NCBI GenBank assembly: GCA_900552135.1
Contig: URYN01000009.1
Coordinates: 3,168 to 67,167, forward strand
DNA length: 64,000 nucleotides
Direction: 5' to 3'
DNA from: an uncultured Clostridium sp.
GTDB lineage: Bacteria; Bacillota; Clostridia; TANB77; CAG-508
The notes under the pieces were generated by a model. That model saw nothing but the letters and a program-made list of their open reading frames with translations, did no database searches and was not told the DNA's origin. Position numbers and translations under genes: made by a program. Below, piece by piece: positions 42,194 through 53,831 of this stretch; the first letter of the stretch is position 1, and the number at the start of each line of letters is the position of its first letter.

Positions 42194-42222
42194 TTGACTA
42201 ATCTAAAAAAAAATGGTATATT
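42194..42222 (+). promoter_or_regulatory. Sigma-A-type promoter for tRNA-Glu (TTGACT-17-TGgTATATT, extended -10)
   Basis: TTGACT at 42194-42199. 17-nt spacer. TATATT at 42217-42222 preceded by TG. Located ~15 nt upstream of the tRNA 5' end. Confidence 0.55.
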
Positions 42223-42238
42223 AGATAAGTACTTAATC

Positions 42239-42313
42239 GGCCCCTTGGTCAAGCGGTTAAGACGCGGCCCTCTCAAGGCCGAATCATGGGTTCGATTCCC
42301 GTAGGGGTCACCA
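42239..42313 (+). tRNA. tRNA-Glu (anticodon CUC)
   Basis: Cloverleaf nearly identical in architecture to B. subtilis tRNA-Glu (GGCCCnTTGGTCAAGCGGTTAAGAC...GGGTTCGAnTCCCGTAnGGGTCACCA). Anticodon loop CTCTCAA. CCA encoded. Confidence 0.85.
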
Positions 42314-42320
42314 AATTATT

Positions 42321-42350
42321 AGAGCTATTTTAATAGCTCTCTTTTTTTAT
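42321..42350 (+). terminator. Intrinsic terminator after tRNA-Glu (AGAGCTATTttaaTAGCTCT + T7)
   Basis: Perfect 8-bp stem followed by a T-run. Confidence 0.6.
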
Positions 42351-42389
42351 TTTAGAATTATTCTATCTGGAATTAAAAAGGAGGATTAG

Positions 42390-43367
42390 CTATTTGCTAT
42401 CCTCCTTAATTATTTGTTTTATATCACTAATTCCATCTTTCCATTTTTTCTTTTCTTTTACATACGCAACTATAATTTTTATCAAATAATATATTGCCCC
42501 GGCTCCGATTATCGAGATAATCATAATTGGAATTTTCTCTTGATATAAAATATTTATATATGTGATTACTAGTGTTAAAATCGCTATAACAAGTATCTCG
42601 ACTCCAATTAGCGCTGTTTTTCCATTTTCCTTATTATAAGAATATTCAAACATTATTATTGCAATAATAACGGTCGCCATGCTAAATATTTTCATGTCCT
42701 CAATAAAAGTTTTACTAGCAACATTCTTAAAGCCAAAATATATACAAGCAAAATATGCTAATACAAGTATTGCTATTCCAATGTTATCTAAAACAGTTTT
42801 ATGTATGTTCTTTTTTTCTTTTTTCGGCATCTTTATTGCATTTTCAATCTCTGCCGATATTTTTTCTTTATCAAAAGGCTTTTTACTCTTTTCTTTTGCT
42901 TTTTTTGGCTCTTCTTTAATTTCTGGAATCTGTTCAATCTTGTCTATGTTTTCAATTTGTTCTTTTATTATTTGTTTTATTTTTTCGTCTTTCTTTTTTG
43001 ACCTTTTAATTTGTTCTGATTTTTCTATTTTTTTTGTTTCTTTTTTCTGTGTTTTAGTTGTTTTTCCAGCTGATTTATTGTTCTTTACACCTTGTGATGT
43101 TTTCGTATTTTTTGTTGTTCTCTTTTTCGATACTACCTCTTCAACCGCTTTTTCTTCATTTGCTTTTTTTGAAGTAGATTTAGATTTGCGAGTTCTATTA
43201 GTTGCAGTAGTAGATTTTTTTGAAGACTTTTCTGATTTTTCAATTTTGGCTGGCTTATCATTTATTTTTTCTTCTTTCAGACTAGAAGTTCTTTTTTTAG
43301 TAGTGGGTTTTCTAGTTGGTTTTGAAGATTCTTCATTTTCTATGGTATCATCAACCTTTTTTGGCAT
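42390..43367 (-). CDS. Membrane protein with highly basic Lys-rich disordered N-terminal half and C-terminal 4-TM domain
   Basis: 325 aa. K/T/S/E-rich residues 1-190, then hydrophobic helices. No motif. Confidence 0.4.
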   Translation of the reverse strand: MPKKVDDTIENEESSKPTRKPTTKKRTSSLKEEKINDKPAKIEKSEKSSKKSTTATNRTRKSKSTSKKANEEKAVEEVVSKKRTTKNTKTSQGVKNNKSAGKTTKTQKKETKKIEKSEQIKRSKKKDEKIKQIIKEQIENIDKIEQIPEIKEEPKKAKEKSKKPFDKEKISAEIENAIKMPKKEKKNIHKTVLDNIGIAILVLAYFACIYFGFKNVASKTFIEDMKIFSMATVIIAIIMFEYSYNKENGKTALIGVEILVIAILTLVITYINILYQEKIPIMIISIIGAGAIYYLIKIIVAYVKEKKKWKDGISDIKQIIKEDSK

Positions 43368-43393
43368 TCTTTCTACCTCTTTTCTCCTTTATT

Positions 43394-44149
43394 TTAGTTT
43401 TCTAATTCATACATTATGTCGCCAGACATGATAATTCCCGCAGTTTCAGTCCTTAGAATTCTTCTGCCTAGAGATACGCATTTTGCTCCTAAATTATTTA
43501 ATTGTTCTATCTCTCTTTCAGATATTCCTCCTTCAGGACCAATTATTATTGCAATCTTGTATTTTTTATCTTTCAAGTTTTCTAACTTTTTCAATTCTTT
43601 TTTTAGCATTGTTTTTTCTTCATTTTCATACGCCACTAATATTGTATCGAATTTTTCATTTTTTAAGCTATCTGATATTTTATTTATTTTTATTATATTT
43701 TTTATTTCTGGAATCTTATCTCTCATGGATTGTTTTGCTGCAATTTCAGCAATTTTCTGCCATCTTTCAAGTTTTTTTGAAACTTGTTTTTCATCAAGTT
43801 TTACAACTGTTCTTTCCATTATAACTGGAACGATTGCGTTTACTCCAACCTCTGTATTTTTTTGTATTATGAGTTCCATTTTTTCAAATTTAGGTAACCC
43901 CTGATATAAAGTTATATCAACATTTGATTCCGCAGTTTCTTCTAATTTTTCTTGTATTTCACAAGTAACAGAATTTTTTTGAGCATTAATTATTTCAGCT
44001 ATGTAGTTTTCCCCTGTTTCTTGATTACAAACTTTTAGTATTTCTCCCTGTTTCATTCTTAATACATTTGTAATGTGATTAACGTCATCACCGACTATTT
44101 CTATTTTATTATTACTTATTTGATTTTCTTTTACAAAAAATTTAGGCAT
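43394..44149 (-). CDS. rsmE: 16S rRNA (uracil1498-N3)-methyltransferase RsmE
   Basis: MPKFFVKENQI...GDDVNHITNVLRMKQGE N-terminal PUA-like region plus C-terminal SPOUT fold (IIGPEGGISEREI). Position downstream of dnaJ as in Firmicutes. Confidence 0.8.
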   Translation of the reverse strand: MPKFFVKENQISNNKIEIVGDDVNHITNVLRMKQGEILKVCNQETGENYIAEIINAQKNSVTCEIQEKLEETAESNVDITLYQGLPKFEKMELIIQKNTEVGVNAIVPVIMERTVVKLDEKQVSKKLERWQKIAEIAAKQSMRDKIPEIKNIIKINKISDSLKNEKFDTILVAYENEEKTMLKKELKKLENLKDKKYKIAIIIGPEGGISEREIEQLNNLGAKCVSLGRRILRTETAGIIMSGDIMYELEN

Positions 44150-44349
44150 TTCTTTCCTCTAATCTTATTTTTTCATTCAAAATTATATCAAAAAAAAACT
44201 TATAGTGCAACACCATAAGTTTTTATTTTTATAATTTTAGTTGCAAATATTTTTAAGTATTATTAGTGACTATTTTTAATATACAAATTTCATCTACTTT
44301 ACAGAATTGCATTTGATTTCACTTGACGTAATTTTTATTTACTAATATT

Positions 44350-45501
44350 TTATCCAAATATTCCTCTTTTTTTGATTGGAGGTTGTTCATTCATTGTTTT
44401 TGCAAGCTGTACAAGTAAATCTCTTTGCTCTTTTGATAAACGTTTTGGCACTTGAACTTGAACTGTGAATATTAAATTTCCCCTGTTTCCAGAATTTATA
44501 CGAGTAAATCCTTTGTCTCTTATTGTAAATTGTGTGCCTGTTTGTGTTCCTTCTGGAATTCTGTAAGTTGTTTTTGTTCCATCTAATAGAGGAATCTCTA
44601 TCTCAGCACCAAGTGTAGCTTGTGTGAAAGTTATTGGTATATCACAGTATACATTCTCATCTTTTCTTGTAAAGATGCTATGCTTTTTCAAGTTTATTGT
44701 GATATAAATGTCTCCATTTCTTCCACCGTTTTTTCCTGGTTCTCCTTCTCCTCTTAATACAATTGTCTGTCCATCATCAATTCCTGCAGGAATTTTTACA
44801 TTTATTTTTGCTTGTTTTCTAACTGTTCCCTTACCTAAACATGTATCGCAAATGTCTTTTATTATTTTTCCTGTTCCATGGCAGTTGCTACATGTTGTTT
44901 GTACTCTCATTTGTCCTAATAGTGTTGTTTGCATTTTTGTAACTGTTCCTGTTCCACCACATACAGAACATGTTTCAGGATGTGTTCCTGGTTTTGCACC
45001 TGTTCCAGAACAAGTAGGACATTTTTCATTTCTTGTAATATTTATTTCTTTGCTTATTCCACTATATGATTCTTCAAAAGTCAAGTTTACGCTATATTTT
45101 AAATCAGCTCCTTTTGAAGGTGCATTAGGATTTCTTGAAGATGATCTTCCGTTTCCAAATCCAAACAAATCACCCAAATCGCCAAATATATCGCCAAATC
45201 CATCGAATCCCGATGTTGTATATGTGTATGTTCCACCTCCGAATGGGCCTCCAGCTCCTCCAAATCCTTGGCTAGGATCTGCAGTTCCAAATTGGTCATA
45301 CATTTTTCTCTTTTGAGGATTTGACAATACTTCATAAGCTTCATTTACTTCTTTGAATTTTGCTTCTGCTTCTTCTTTATTATCTGGATTAGCATCAGGG
45401 TGATATTTTTTTGCAAGACGTCTATATGCTTTTTTTAGTTCGTCATCTGTTGCAGTTTTTTCAACACCTAAGACTTCATAATAATCCTTCTTTTCAGCCA
45501 T
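44350..45501 (-). CDS. dnaJ: Molecular chaperone DnaJ
   Basis: J-domain with HPD ([10 protein letters not shown]). G/F region. Four CxxCxGxG zinc repeats. Confidence 0.9.
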   Translation of the reverse strand: MAEKKDYYEVLGVEKTATDDELKKAYRRLAKKYHPDANPDNKEEAEAKFKEVNEAYEVLSNPQKRKMYDQFGTADPSQGFGGAGGPFGGGTYTYTTSGFDGFGDIFGDLGDLFGFGNGRSSSRNPNAPSKGADLKYSVNLTFEESYSGISKEINITRNEKCPTCSGTGAKPGTHPETCSVCGGTGTVTKMQTTLLGQMRVQTTCSNCHGTGKIIKDICDTCLGKGTVRKQAKINVKIPAGIDDGQTIVLRGEGEPGKNGGRNGDIYITINLKKHSIFTRKDENVYCDIPITFTQATLGAEIEIPLLDGTKTTYRIPEGTQTGTQFTIRDKGFTRINSGNRGNLIFTVQVQVPKRLSKEQRDLLVQLAKTMNEQPPIKKRGIFG

Positions 45502-45694
45502 TGCTTTCTCCTTTTCTTACTCTTCTCCAAATAGTGATTTTCACTTATAATACAAAAATCACTCTATTTTAGAAATTTCTATTTTTACAATTCAGTTAAT
45601 CCATGTTCTTCGAGAAACTTTTTAGTTCAATCAAGAGCAATACAATATATCAAATTTTCTAAATAGAAATATATTCTAAAATAATGATGTAAAT

Positions 45695-45723
45695 CGCCCA
45701 AAAAGGGGCGTCCCTATTGGGCG
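45695..45723. repeat. Palindrome repeat copy 4 (cgcccaaaaaggggcgtccctattgggcg) in the dnaK-dnaJ intergenic region
   Basis: Read directly from sequence. Confidence 0.75.
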
Positions 45724-45731
45724 ATTTTTTA

Positions 45732-47621
<1,890 letters not shown>

Positions 47622-47822
47622 CTATTAACTGGCTCTTCGCCAATCTATTTTCTTAAGTTTATATATATAAATTTAAAAATTAATAACATATATTTTTTTA
47701 AATTAATTAAAAGCAAGTATTACTAGGCAAATTTACCTTAATAACTAGAAGCATACTTTATTATGTACGTCAAAGATTATTAATGGCAAATTTAACAATG
47801 TAAGACGATGCTTAGAATTAAT

Positions 47823-48353
47823 TTAGTTTGCTACGACAACCATAGAATGACGTATAACCTTATTTCCAATCATATAACCTTTTCTATATTCTTGTGCAAC
47901 TATTTTTTCTCCAAGATTTTCATCTTGAATCATGCTTACTGCCTCGTGAAGTTCTGGATCAAAAGGTTGTCCTACAGCCTCAATTTCTTTTACCCCATTT
48001 GCTGAAAGAACATCTTTGAATTGTTTTAATACAAGTTCAATTCCTTTCTTGTATTCTTCATCTTTTGTCTCAGCCATAACAGCTTTTTCAAGATTATCAA
48101 GTACTGGCAATAATGATGATATAACATCTCCCATTATTGAGCCATATAGATTCTCTCTTTCTTTAGCACTACGTTTTTTCAAGTTGTCGAATTCTGCAAT
48201 TAATCTTGTATGTCTGTCTTTTACATCTTCAAGTTCATCTTTTACCTTTGATAATTTTTCATTCAATTCTTTTTCTTTGTTGTGCTCTTGAGTATGTTTT
48301 TCTTCGTGTTCTTTTTTCATTTCATTGTTTTCTTTTTGCTCTTCTTTATTTTC
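47823..48353 (-). CDS. grpE: Nucleotide exchange factor GrpE
   Basis: Coiled-coil N-terminus plus C-terminal GYMIGNKVIRHSMVVVA, a GrpE signature. Start chosen to avoid overlap with the hrcA stop. Confidence 0.85.
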   Translation of the reverse strand, partial: ENKEEQKENNEMKKEHEEKHTQEHNKEKELNEKLSKVKDELEDVKDRHTRLIAEFDNLKKRSAKERENLYGSIMGDVISSLLPVLDNLEKAVMAETKDEEYKKGIELVLKQFKDVLSANGVKEIEAVGQPFDPELHEAVSMIQDENLGEKIVAQEYRKGYMIGNKVIRHSMVVVAN

Positions 48354-49422
48354 CATGCTTTTCACCCTCTCCTTCATTTAACATTTTTCTTTTGGTTTTA
48401 TTATCTATTTGCTTATCTTCATCTAATTTCTTGCTTATATACCTCATTGCAGATATTACTTTTGAATAATCCATTCTTGTAGGTCCAATTATCGCAATCG
48501 TTCCTAAGTCTTTACCTTGATTTTTTCTCTTAAAAGTAATTATGCTGAAATCTTTTAATGCTTTATCAATGCTTTCGTCTCCGATGTAGACATTAATTTC
48601 ATCTTCACTATCTTTATTGTTTAGAACATCTATCATTTCCTTTGTTTTATCCGTATCTAGGATGTTTACAAAGTTCTTTGCAATGTCTAGACTCTTGAAT
48701 TCAGGAAGTTCAAACGATTTGTCCGCTCCTTCCATGTATACTGGAATGTCTTCATTTATTGCTTTATTAATCTGTTCTAATACTGGTTTTATTACTTTTA
48801 ATATATTGCTCATTTCTGCGTGAATATATTCCTCAAGTGGCTTATCTATTTGAGCAATTGGTCTACCTTTTAGTTTATTATTAAACAAATATGTTAATGT
48901 ATCTACCTGATCTTGCGTAATATCTTCATCAAATTTTATTATTGTTTCTTTTATAAGTCCATTCTCTGTTAAGATTATGGCCATTAAAAGTCTTGAACCA
49001 AGAAGTACAAATTTTACTTCTTCAATGTTTTGAGATGAAACTCTTGGAGCAATTCCCACCGAGGTGTAGTGTGTAACTTCCGAAAGTGTAGTTGTTGCAA
49101 TTTTAGTTAAATCTTCTATTTGATTAACTTTAGTTTCAAGTTGACTTTGTATATATTTTATCTCCTGAAGGCTTATATCATTATAATTTAAAAGCTCATC
49201 AACATAGTATCTATAACCCTGTGCTGATGGAACTCTACCACTTGAAGTGTGTGGTTTATCAAGTAATCCAGCCTTTTCAAGCTCTGCCATTTCGTTTCTA
49301 ATTGTTGCACTGCTATAATCAATTCCATGTTTTTCTACTAGTGCCTTAGAACTTACAGGCTCAGCTGTTTCAATATATTCTTCTACAATTGCTTGTAGTA
49401 TTTTTTTCTTTCTGTCATCCAA
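48346..49422 (-). CDS. hrcA: Heat-inducible transcription repressor HrcA
   Basis: MDDRKKKILQAIVEEYIETAEPVSSKAL winged-helix start. 358 aa. First gene of hrcA-grpE-dnaK-dnaJ. Confidence 0.9.
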   Translation of the reverse strand: MDDRKKKILQAIVEEYIETAEPVSSKALVEKHGIDYSSATIRNEMAELEKAGLLDKPHTSSGRVPSAQGYRYYVDELLNYNDISLQEIKYIQSQLETKVNQIEDLTKIATTTLSEVTHYTSVGIAPRVSSQNIEEVKFVLLGSRLLMAIILTENGLIKETIIKFDEDITQDQVDTLTYLFNNKLKGRPIAQIDKPLEEYIHAEMSNILKVIKPVLEQINKAINEDIPVYMEGADKSFELPEFKSLDIAKNFVNILDTDKTKEMIDVLNNKDSEDEINVYIGDESIDKALKDFSIITFKRKNQGKDLGTIAIIGPTRMDYSKVISAMRYISKKLDEDKQIDNKTKRKMLNEGEGEKHGK

Positions 49423-49438
49423 TTTTATTCACCTCTTT

Positions 49439-49465
49439 TTAGCACTCATTTGTTTTGATTGCTAA
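49439..49465. promoter_or_regulatory. CIRCE operator (TTAGCACTC-N9-GAtTGCTAA), the HrcA binding site upstream of hrcA
   Basis: Matches CIRCE consensus TTAGCACTC-N9-GAGTGCTAA with one mismatch. 17 nt upstream of the hrcA start. Confidence 0.6.
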
Positions 49466-49489
49466 ACTGTGTATATAATACAACTCATT

Positions 49490-49516
49490 TTAGCAAATGT
49501 CAATAGAGATTGCTAA
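49490..49516. promoter_or_regulatory. Second, degenerate CIRCE-like inverted repeat (TTAGCAaaT-N9-GAtTGCTAA)
   Basis: Same 9-9-9 architecture ~25 bp upstream of the first. A TATAAT-like box lies between them. Confidence 0.35.
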
Positions 49517-49746
49517 TTTATTTGTGAAAATTTTGTGAATTTCATAACTTAGTGTCTGTAATTTAATGTAACCCAATAGCATACTATGCAATTTTTTATT
49601 CCATACAATATAAAACCTCACGACAGTCTATATAACCTATCGCGAGGTCAAAAGCTATCTGATAGATAACTCTTTTAGTTATTAAAAAATCATATGATAA
49701 ATTTCAAAATCTTATACATTTTCTTATTTTTGTCAGCACGTCAAAA

Positions 49747-51588
49747 TTATTTAGTATTATAAACAATTTCATTATCTTTATATCCCACATCTTGTTCCAT
49801 TTTCCCAATATTAGAAAATAGTGAGTACTTAGAAACAAAATCGGAAAATCTATTTTTTTCAATAATAATATTATAATTTTCTATGTTTTTTGATATTGTA
49901 AAAGCTAAATTACATAAATTATTAGCAAAAAATTCGTTGCCGTCAATCTTCACATTACATCCCTCATTATGGCAATCAAGGATATAATTACCATAAATAC
50001 TTCCATTTACCGCATTGCTAAGCCACTCTACTTTATTATTCAAGAATTCAATCTTACTGTTTTTATCATTACAGTTTAAGAGTCTAAAATTTTTTCCAAC
50101 ACTATTTAATTTAAACGATGAGTTTTCACATATAATGCTTCCTTTTTTAGGACACAACACCCAATAGCTAGAAAGATTATCAAGAGTAGAAGTATTAATA
50201 TTGTTATTTTCTATTTTTAAGAAATCCTGTCCATCTATGCTACTTATATTTTGAAATGATGCTCCTTTGCAATTAATATAACTATCCTTAATTGTTGTGT
50301 TCGAATCATAATTATATATTATCATGTTATAACTTGTAGTTGGATCATCAATTTTTAATTTTTTTACTATTAAATTTTCACAATGTCCTGTATCTATCAA
50401 TGCATAGTATGTTTTATTTTCTCTATTTATAACATTTAACACATTAAATTCAATATTATATAATTGCGTATTTTCATAAGCTGTTGCGATATTTATTGCT
50501 CCATTATAATTTGCTATACTATTATCTATTCCTCCATCTATAGTCGTATTGCTCCATACCATGTTGTCGCAATTTTTCGAAATATATATATGATGGTCTA
50601 ACTTACTTATATTTTCATATTTCGTTGTTTGATTAACATATATATTTAACGCTGTCAAATTTCTAATTGAGTCCATATATATTGGAGCAACACAATTTTT
50701 TACTACAATAGAGTCTAATACAATGTTATATAATGGAAAGTGGTCTAGATATGAATTAAATTTTATCCCTCCTCTTCCATCACTAAATGTACAATTTCTT
50801 ATAACAACATTATCACATTTTGCATTCGGTGTTTCCATTATAAAAATATCCTGTTGAAATTTCTTGTTATCATTTTGTATAAAGTTTATAGACTTAATTT
50901 CTATATTTTCTACATCTTGTAATTTAAACCCATCATTCACTACTAATGTGGTATTGTTATCTCCCATTATTTTTACATTATTTATTCCGGCGAGTATTAT
51001 CGCATCTAATATATTATATGTTCCATTTGGTATATATAAGATCTTATTGTTGGCCTCTGCAATTGCTTTTTTTATTGCACTTGAATCATTGGTAATTCCA
51101 TCTCCTTTGGCATCATAATCTTTTACATTAATAACTTCAATTTCATTTTCACATACACTACATTTTGTAACCTTTTCTTTTCCATCTACATCGTAGTCAC
51201 ATATGTGATATATTCCTAAATCTTTACTTATACAATATATAATAATTCTATCGTCTTTCTTAACTTTTACAATACTCGTTCCATTAATATTAATAGCTAT
51301 TTCAGTTACATTTATATCTTTACTTTCTAAAACTTGTGAAAAATTTTCTTCGAAATATTCTTGTTCTTCTTGACCACTTTCATTACTCATTATTATACAT
51401 TCATTCCAAGCATTTAGTATATTCTCTATTAATTTTGAACTATTTGATTTTTTCTTTGCTAGATTTGCTTTGTTTATTAATCCATTATCTCCTAATGTTA
51501 AGTTAATGCTCACTCCTGCAAGGATTAACAATATAACTATTGTAACAACCAGTGCAATAAGTGTAATTCCTTTCTTGTTTTTTAACAT
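49747..51588 (-). CDS. Protein with prepilin-like N-terminal module fused to a right-handed beta-helix (pectin-lyase fold) domain
   Basis: N-terminus KKGITLIALVVTIVILLILAGVSI (class-III signal-like, but Ala not Glu at +5). Central YDAKGDGITNDSSAIKKAI, the hallmark start of pectate-lyase-superfamily beta-helix domains. Many NxxxN beta-helix rungs. Confidence 0.5.
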   Translation of the reverse strand: MLKNKKGITLIALVVTIVILLILAGVSINLTLGDNGLINKANLAKKKSNSSKLIENILNAWNECIIMSNESGQEEQEYFEENFSQVLESKDINVTEIAININGTSIVKVKKDDRIIIYCISKDLGIYHICDYDVDGKEKVTKCSVCENEIEVINVKDYDAKGDGITNDSSAIKKAIAEANNKILYIPNGTYNILDAIILAGINNVKIMGDNNTTLVVNDGFKLQDVENIEIKSINFIQNDNKKFQQDIFIMETPNAKCDNVVIRNCTFSDGRGGIKFNSYLDHFPLYNIVLDSIVVKNCVAPIYMDSIRNLTALNIYVNQTTKYENISKLDHHIYISKNCDNMVWSNTTIDGGIDNSIANYNGAINIATAYENTQLYNIEFNVLNVINRENKTYYALIDTGHCENLIVKKLKIDDPTTSYNMIIYNYDSNTTIKDSYINCKGASFQNISSIDGQDFLKIENNNINTSTLDNLSSYWVLCPKKGSIICENSSFKLNSVGKNFRLLNCNDKNSKIEFLNNKVEWLSNAVNGSIYGNYILDCHNEGCNVKIDGNEFFANNLCNLAFTISKNIENYNIIIEKNRFSDFVSKYSLFSNIGKMEQDVGYKDNEIVYNTK

Positions 51589-51747
51589 AATTTTTCCTCC
51601 TTAGTTTTATTTTTTCACATAAAAATCCTATTTATGCAGTTTATTATACTATAACACCTTTGATTTTGCAATATATTTTATCTTGCATTTTTATAATATA
51701 TTATTTTTTGTATTATCATTGTATAATTTTGTCGAAGGAGGTAGATT

Positions 51748-51945
51748 ATGGGATTTCAAATAAAACCTCAATCAAGTAAGTCAGAACCAAGTTTAAATAA
51801 AACATTCCGTTTGAAAGAAACTATGATCAATGAATTACAAGATTTAGCAAATAAAAATGATGTATCTTTTAATTACCTAGTATGTCAAATGCTTCAATAT
51901 TGTTTAGATAATTTAGATGATGAAAAAAAGGGCAATGCTTCATAA
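51748..51945 (+). CDS. Small ribbon-helix-helix (Arc/CopG-like) protein, divergent from the pilin-like gene
   Basis: 65 aa. TFRLKETMINELQDLANKNDVSFNYLVCQML fits the RHH beta-strand plus two helices pattern. RBS GAAGGAGG. Confidence 0.3.
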   Translation: MGFQIKPQSSKSEPSLNKTFRLKETMINELQDLANKNDVSFNYLVCQMLQYCLDNLDDEKKGNAS

Positions 51946-51962
51946 ACATTGCCTTTTTATAT

Positions 51963-53051
51963 TTATACATTAAATTTAAATAATACTATATCTCCATCTT
52001 GCATTACATATTCTTTGCCTTCTGAACGAACTAAGCCTTTTTCTTTAGCAGCAACCATTGAGCCCTCTCTCATTAAATCATCGTAAGAAACTATTTCTGC
52101 TCTAATAAATCCTCTCTCGATGTCCGAGTGAATTTTTCCTGCTGCCTGTGGTGCTTTTGTTCCTTTTTTTATAGTCCAAGCTCTTACTTCTGGCTCACCA
52201 GCTGTTAAGAAAGACATCAATCCAAGCAAGTCATAGCTTGATTTTATTACTTTATCTAGTCCAGATTCTTCTAATCCAAGTGCTTCAAGCATTTCTTTTT
52301 TATCATCACCATCTAAGCTTGATAATTCTTCTTCTATTTTTACACAAAGTTTGATAACTTCTGCTTTATCTTGTTTTGCATACTCTTCAACCGCTTTTAC
52401 ATTTGCATCATTATCATCTGAAAGTTGTTCCTCAGAAACATTTGCTACATATAAAATAGGCTTCATTGTAAGTAAAAATGCATCTTTTATTACTTCTTGC
52501 TCTTCCTCAGAATAATCTAAGCTTCTTGCCATTTTTCCATTTTGAAGTGCCTCTCTAACCTTTTTCCATGTATCCAATTCGAATTGATATTTTTTGTCTG
52601 CCTTTATCATTTTGCTACTTCTGTCTATTCTTTTTTCAACAGTCTCTAAGTCTGCAAATATTAATTCAAGGTTAATTGTTTCAATATCTCTTACCGGATT
52701 TATGCTTCCGTCAACATGTATTATGTTTGAATCTTCGAAACATCTTACAACCTCACAGATTGCATCTGTTTCTCTTATATGTGACAAGAATTTATTTCCT
52801 AATCCCTCACCTTTGCTGGCACCTTTAACCAAACCTGCTATATCAACAAATTCAATTACTGCATGTGTAACCTTTTGAGGGTTGTACATTTTTGCTAAAT
52901 TGTCCAATCTTTCATCTGGCACTGGAACTACGCCAACATTTGGTTCTATTGTACAGAATGGATAGTTTGCACATTCTGCTCCTGCATTTGTTATTGCATT
53001 AAATAAAGTACTCTTTCCTACGTTTGGAAGTCCTACGATTCCTATTTTCAT
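51963..53051 (-). CDS. ychF: Ribosome-binding ATPase YchF
   Basis: MKIGIVGLPNVGKSTLFNAIT...TIEPNVG... G1-G4 motifs. C-terminal TGS domain. Confidence 0.9.
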   Translation of the reverse strand: MKIGIVGLPNVGKSTLFNAITNAGAECANYPFCTIEPNVGVVPVPDERLDNLAKMYNPQKVTHAVIEFVDIAGLVKGASKGEGLGNKFLSHIRETDAICEVVRCFEDSNIIHVDGSINPVRDIETINLELIFADLETVEKRIDRSSKMIKADKKYQFELDTWKKVREALQNGKMARSLDYSEEEQEVIKDAFLLTMKPILYVANVSEEQLSDDNDANVKAVEEYAKQDKAEVIKLCVKIEEELSSLDGDDKKEMLEALGLEESGLDKVIKSSYDLLGLMSFLTAGEPEVRAWTIKKGTKAPQAAGKIHSDIERGFIRAEIVSYDDLMREGSMVAAKEKGLVRSEGKEYVMQDGDIVLFKFNV

Positions 53052-53189
53052 TATATCTTCGACCTTTCTTTTTCTTATAGCTACTATAATATAACACAAA
53101 TTGTTTGTTTTTGCAATCAGTTAATCTATCTATAATTGATATATAATATTTTAAAGGACGCTCCACTCGTGGAACGTCCCTTGTCGCTT

Positions 53190-53573
53190 TTAATTTGCTG
53201 GTTCAAACATAATGAGTAACAGTTGTTCAAATCCGGTGCAGTAATGTGTATAGCAAACGCCCTGTGAATTAAATTGCACAAGTTGTTTGTAGCCTTCACA
53301 GTTGGTAATAAAACTTGCCATTGCCACGGTTTCCGCATGAGCATTTCCTTTGGTAAGCTTTAGCCATGTTTCGCTGTCGAAGCTATCGTTGTAATGAAAG
53401 CTCTTTTGACAATGTGTCTGGTAAACATGCATCTCCCAACCAAAGAATAATTTTTGAAATATATCCTCCTCAATAAAAACTTGCGTGTTCGGCTGTTTTA
53501 TCAACTCCTCTTTAAGTAGCTTAAAGATTTTCTCCGGATTTTTCCGTGTTACATACATTTGTTTAATTTTCAT
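53190..53573 (-). CDS. Hypothetical protein (127 aa) in a locally higher-GC (~40%) segment, followed by a hairpin terminator
   Basis: ORF with Cys/His-rich segments (HCQKSFHY...CYTHYCTG). Composition differs from neighbours. Hairpin GGACGCTCCAC..GTGGAACGTCC at 53162-53187. Confidence 0.3.
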   Translation of the reverse strand: MKIKQMYVTRKNPEKIFKLLKEELIKQPNTQVFIEEDIFQKLFFGWEMHVYQTHCQKSFHYNDSFDSETWLKLTKGNAHAETVAMASFITNCEGYKQLVQFNSQGVCYTHYCTGFEQLLLIMFEPAN

Positions 53574-53831
53574 AGAATTTAGTCCTCCTAACAGTTGTTT
53601 TCTGAGAATTTCTACTTGATATACTTAATATAATTCACTCTCGCGAATGTTTTTATTATAGCATCGTTAACATAATTTTTCAATAGTTTTTACTATTTTT
53701 AAGTTTTTCTATTTTAATCTTTTTGCTATTTTTAAGTTTTCGAACATGCTCGTTTTTATAAAAAGTATTATCTAGTAATTTTTGCATGTTATCCAAACAA
53801 TACAAGAGGTAGGATTTCTTCTACCATATTT

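Noticed and set aside
42679-43431. 250-aa plus-strand ORF
   Set aside because: Antisense to the Lys-rich membrane protein and the rsmE start. The Phe/Leu-rich translation is typical of reverse-strand AT-rich coding sequence.
44708-45316. 202-aa plus-strand ORF
   Set aside because: Antisense to dnaJ's Gly-rich and zinc-finger region. Pro/Pro-rich artefact.
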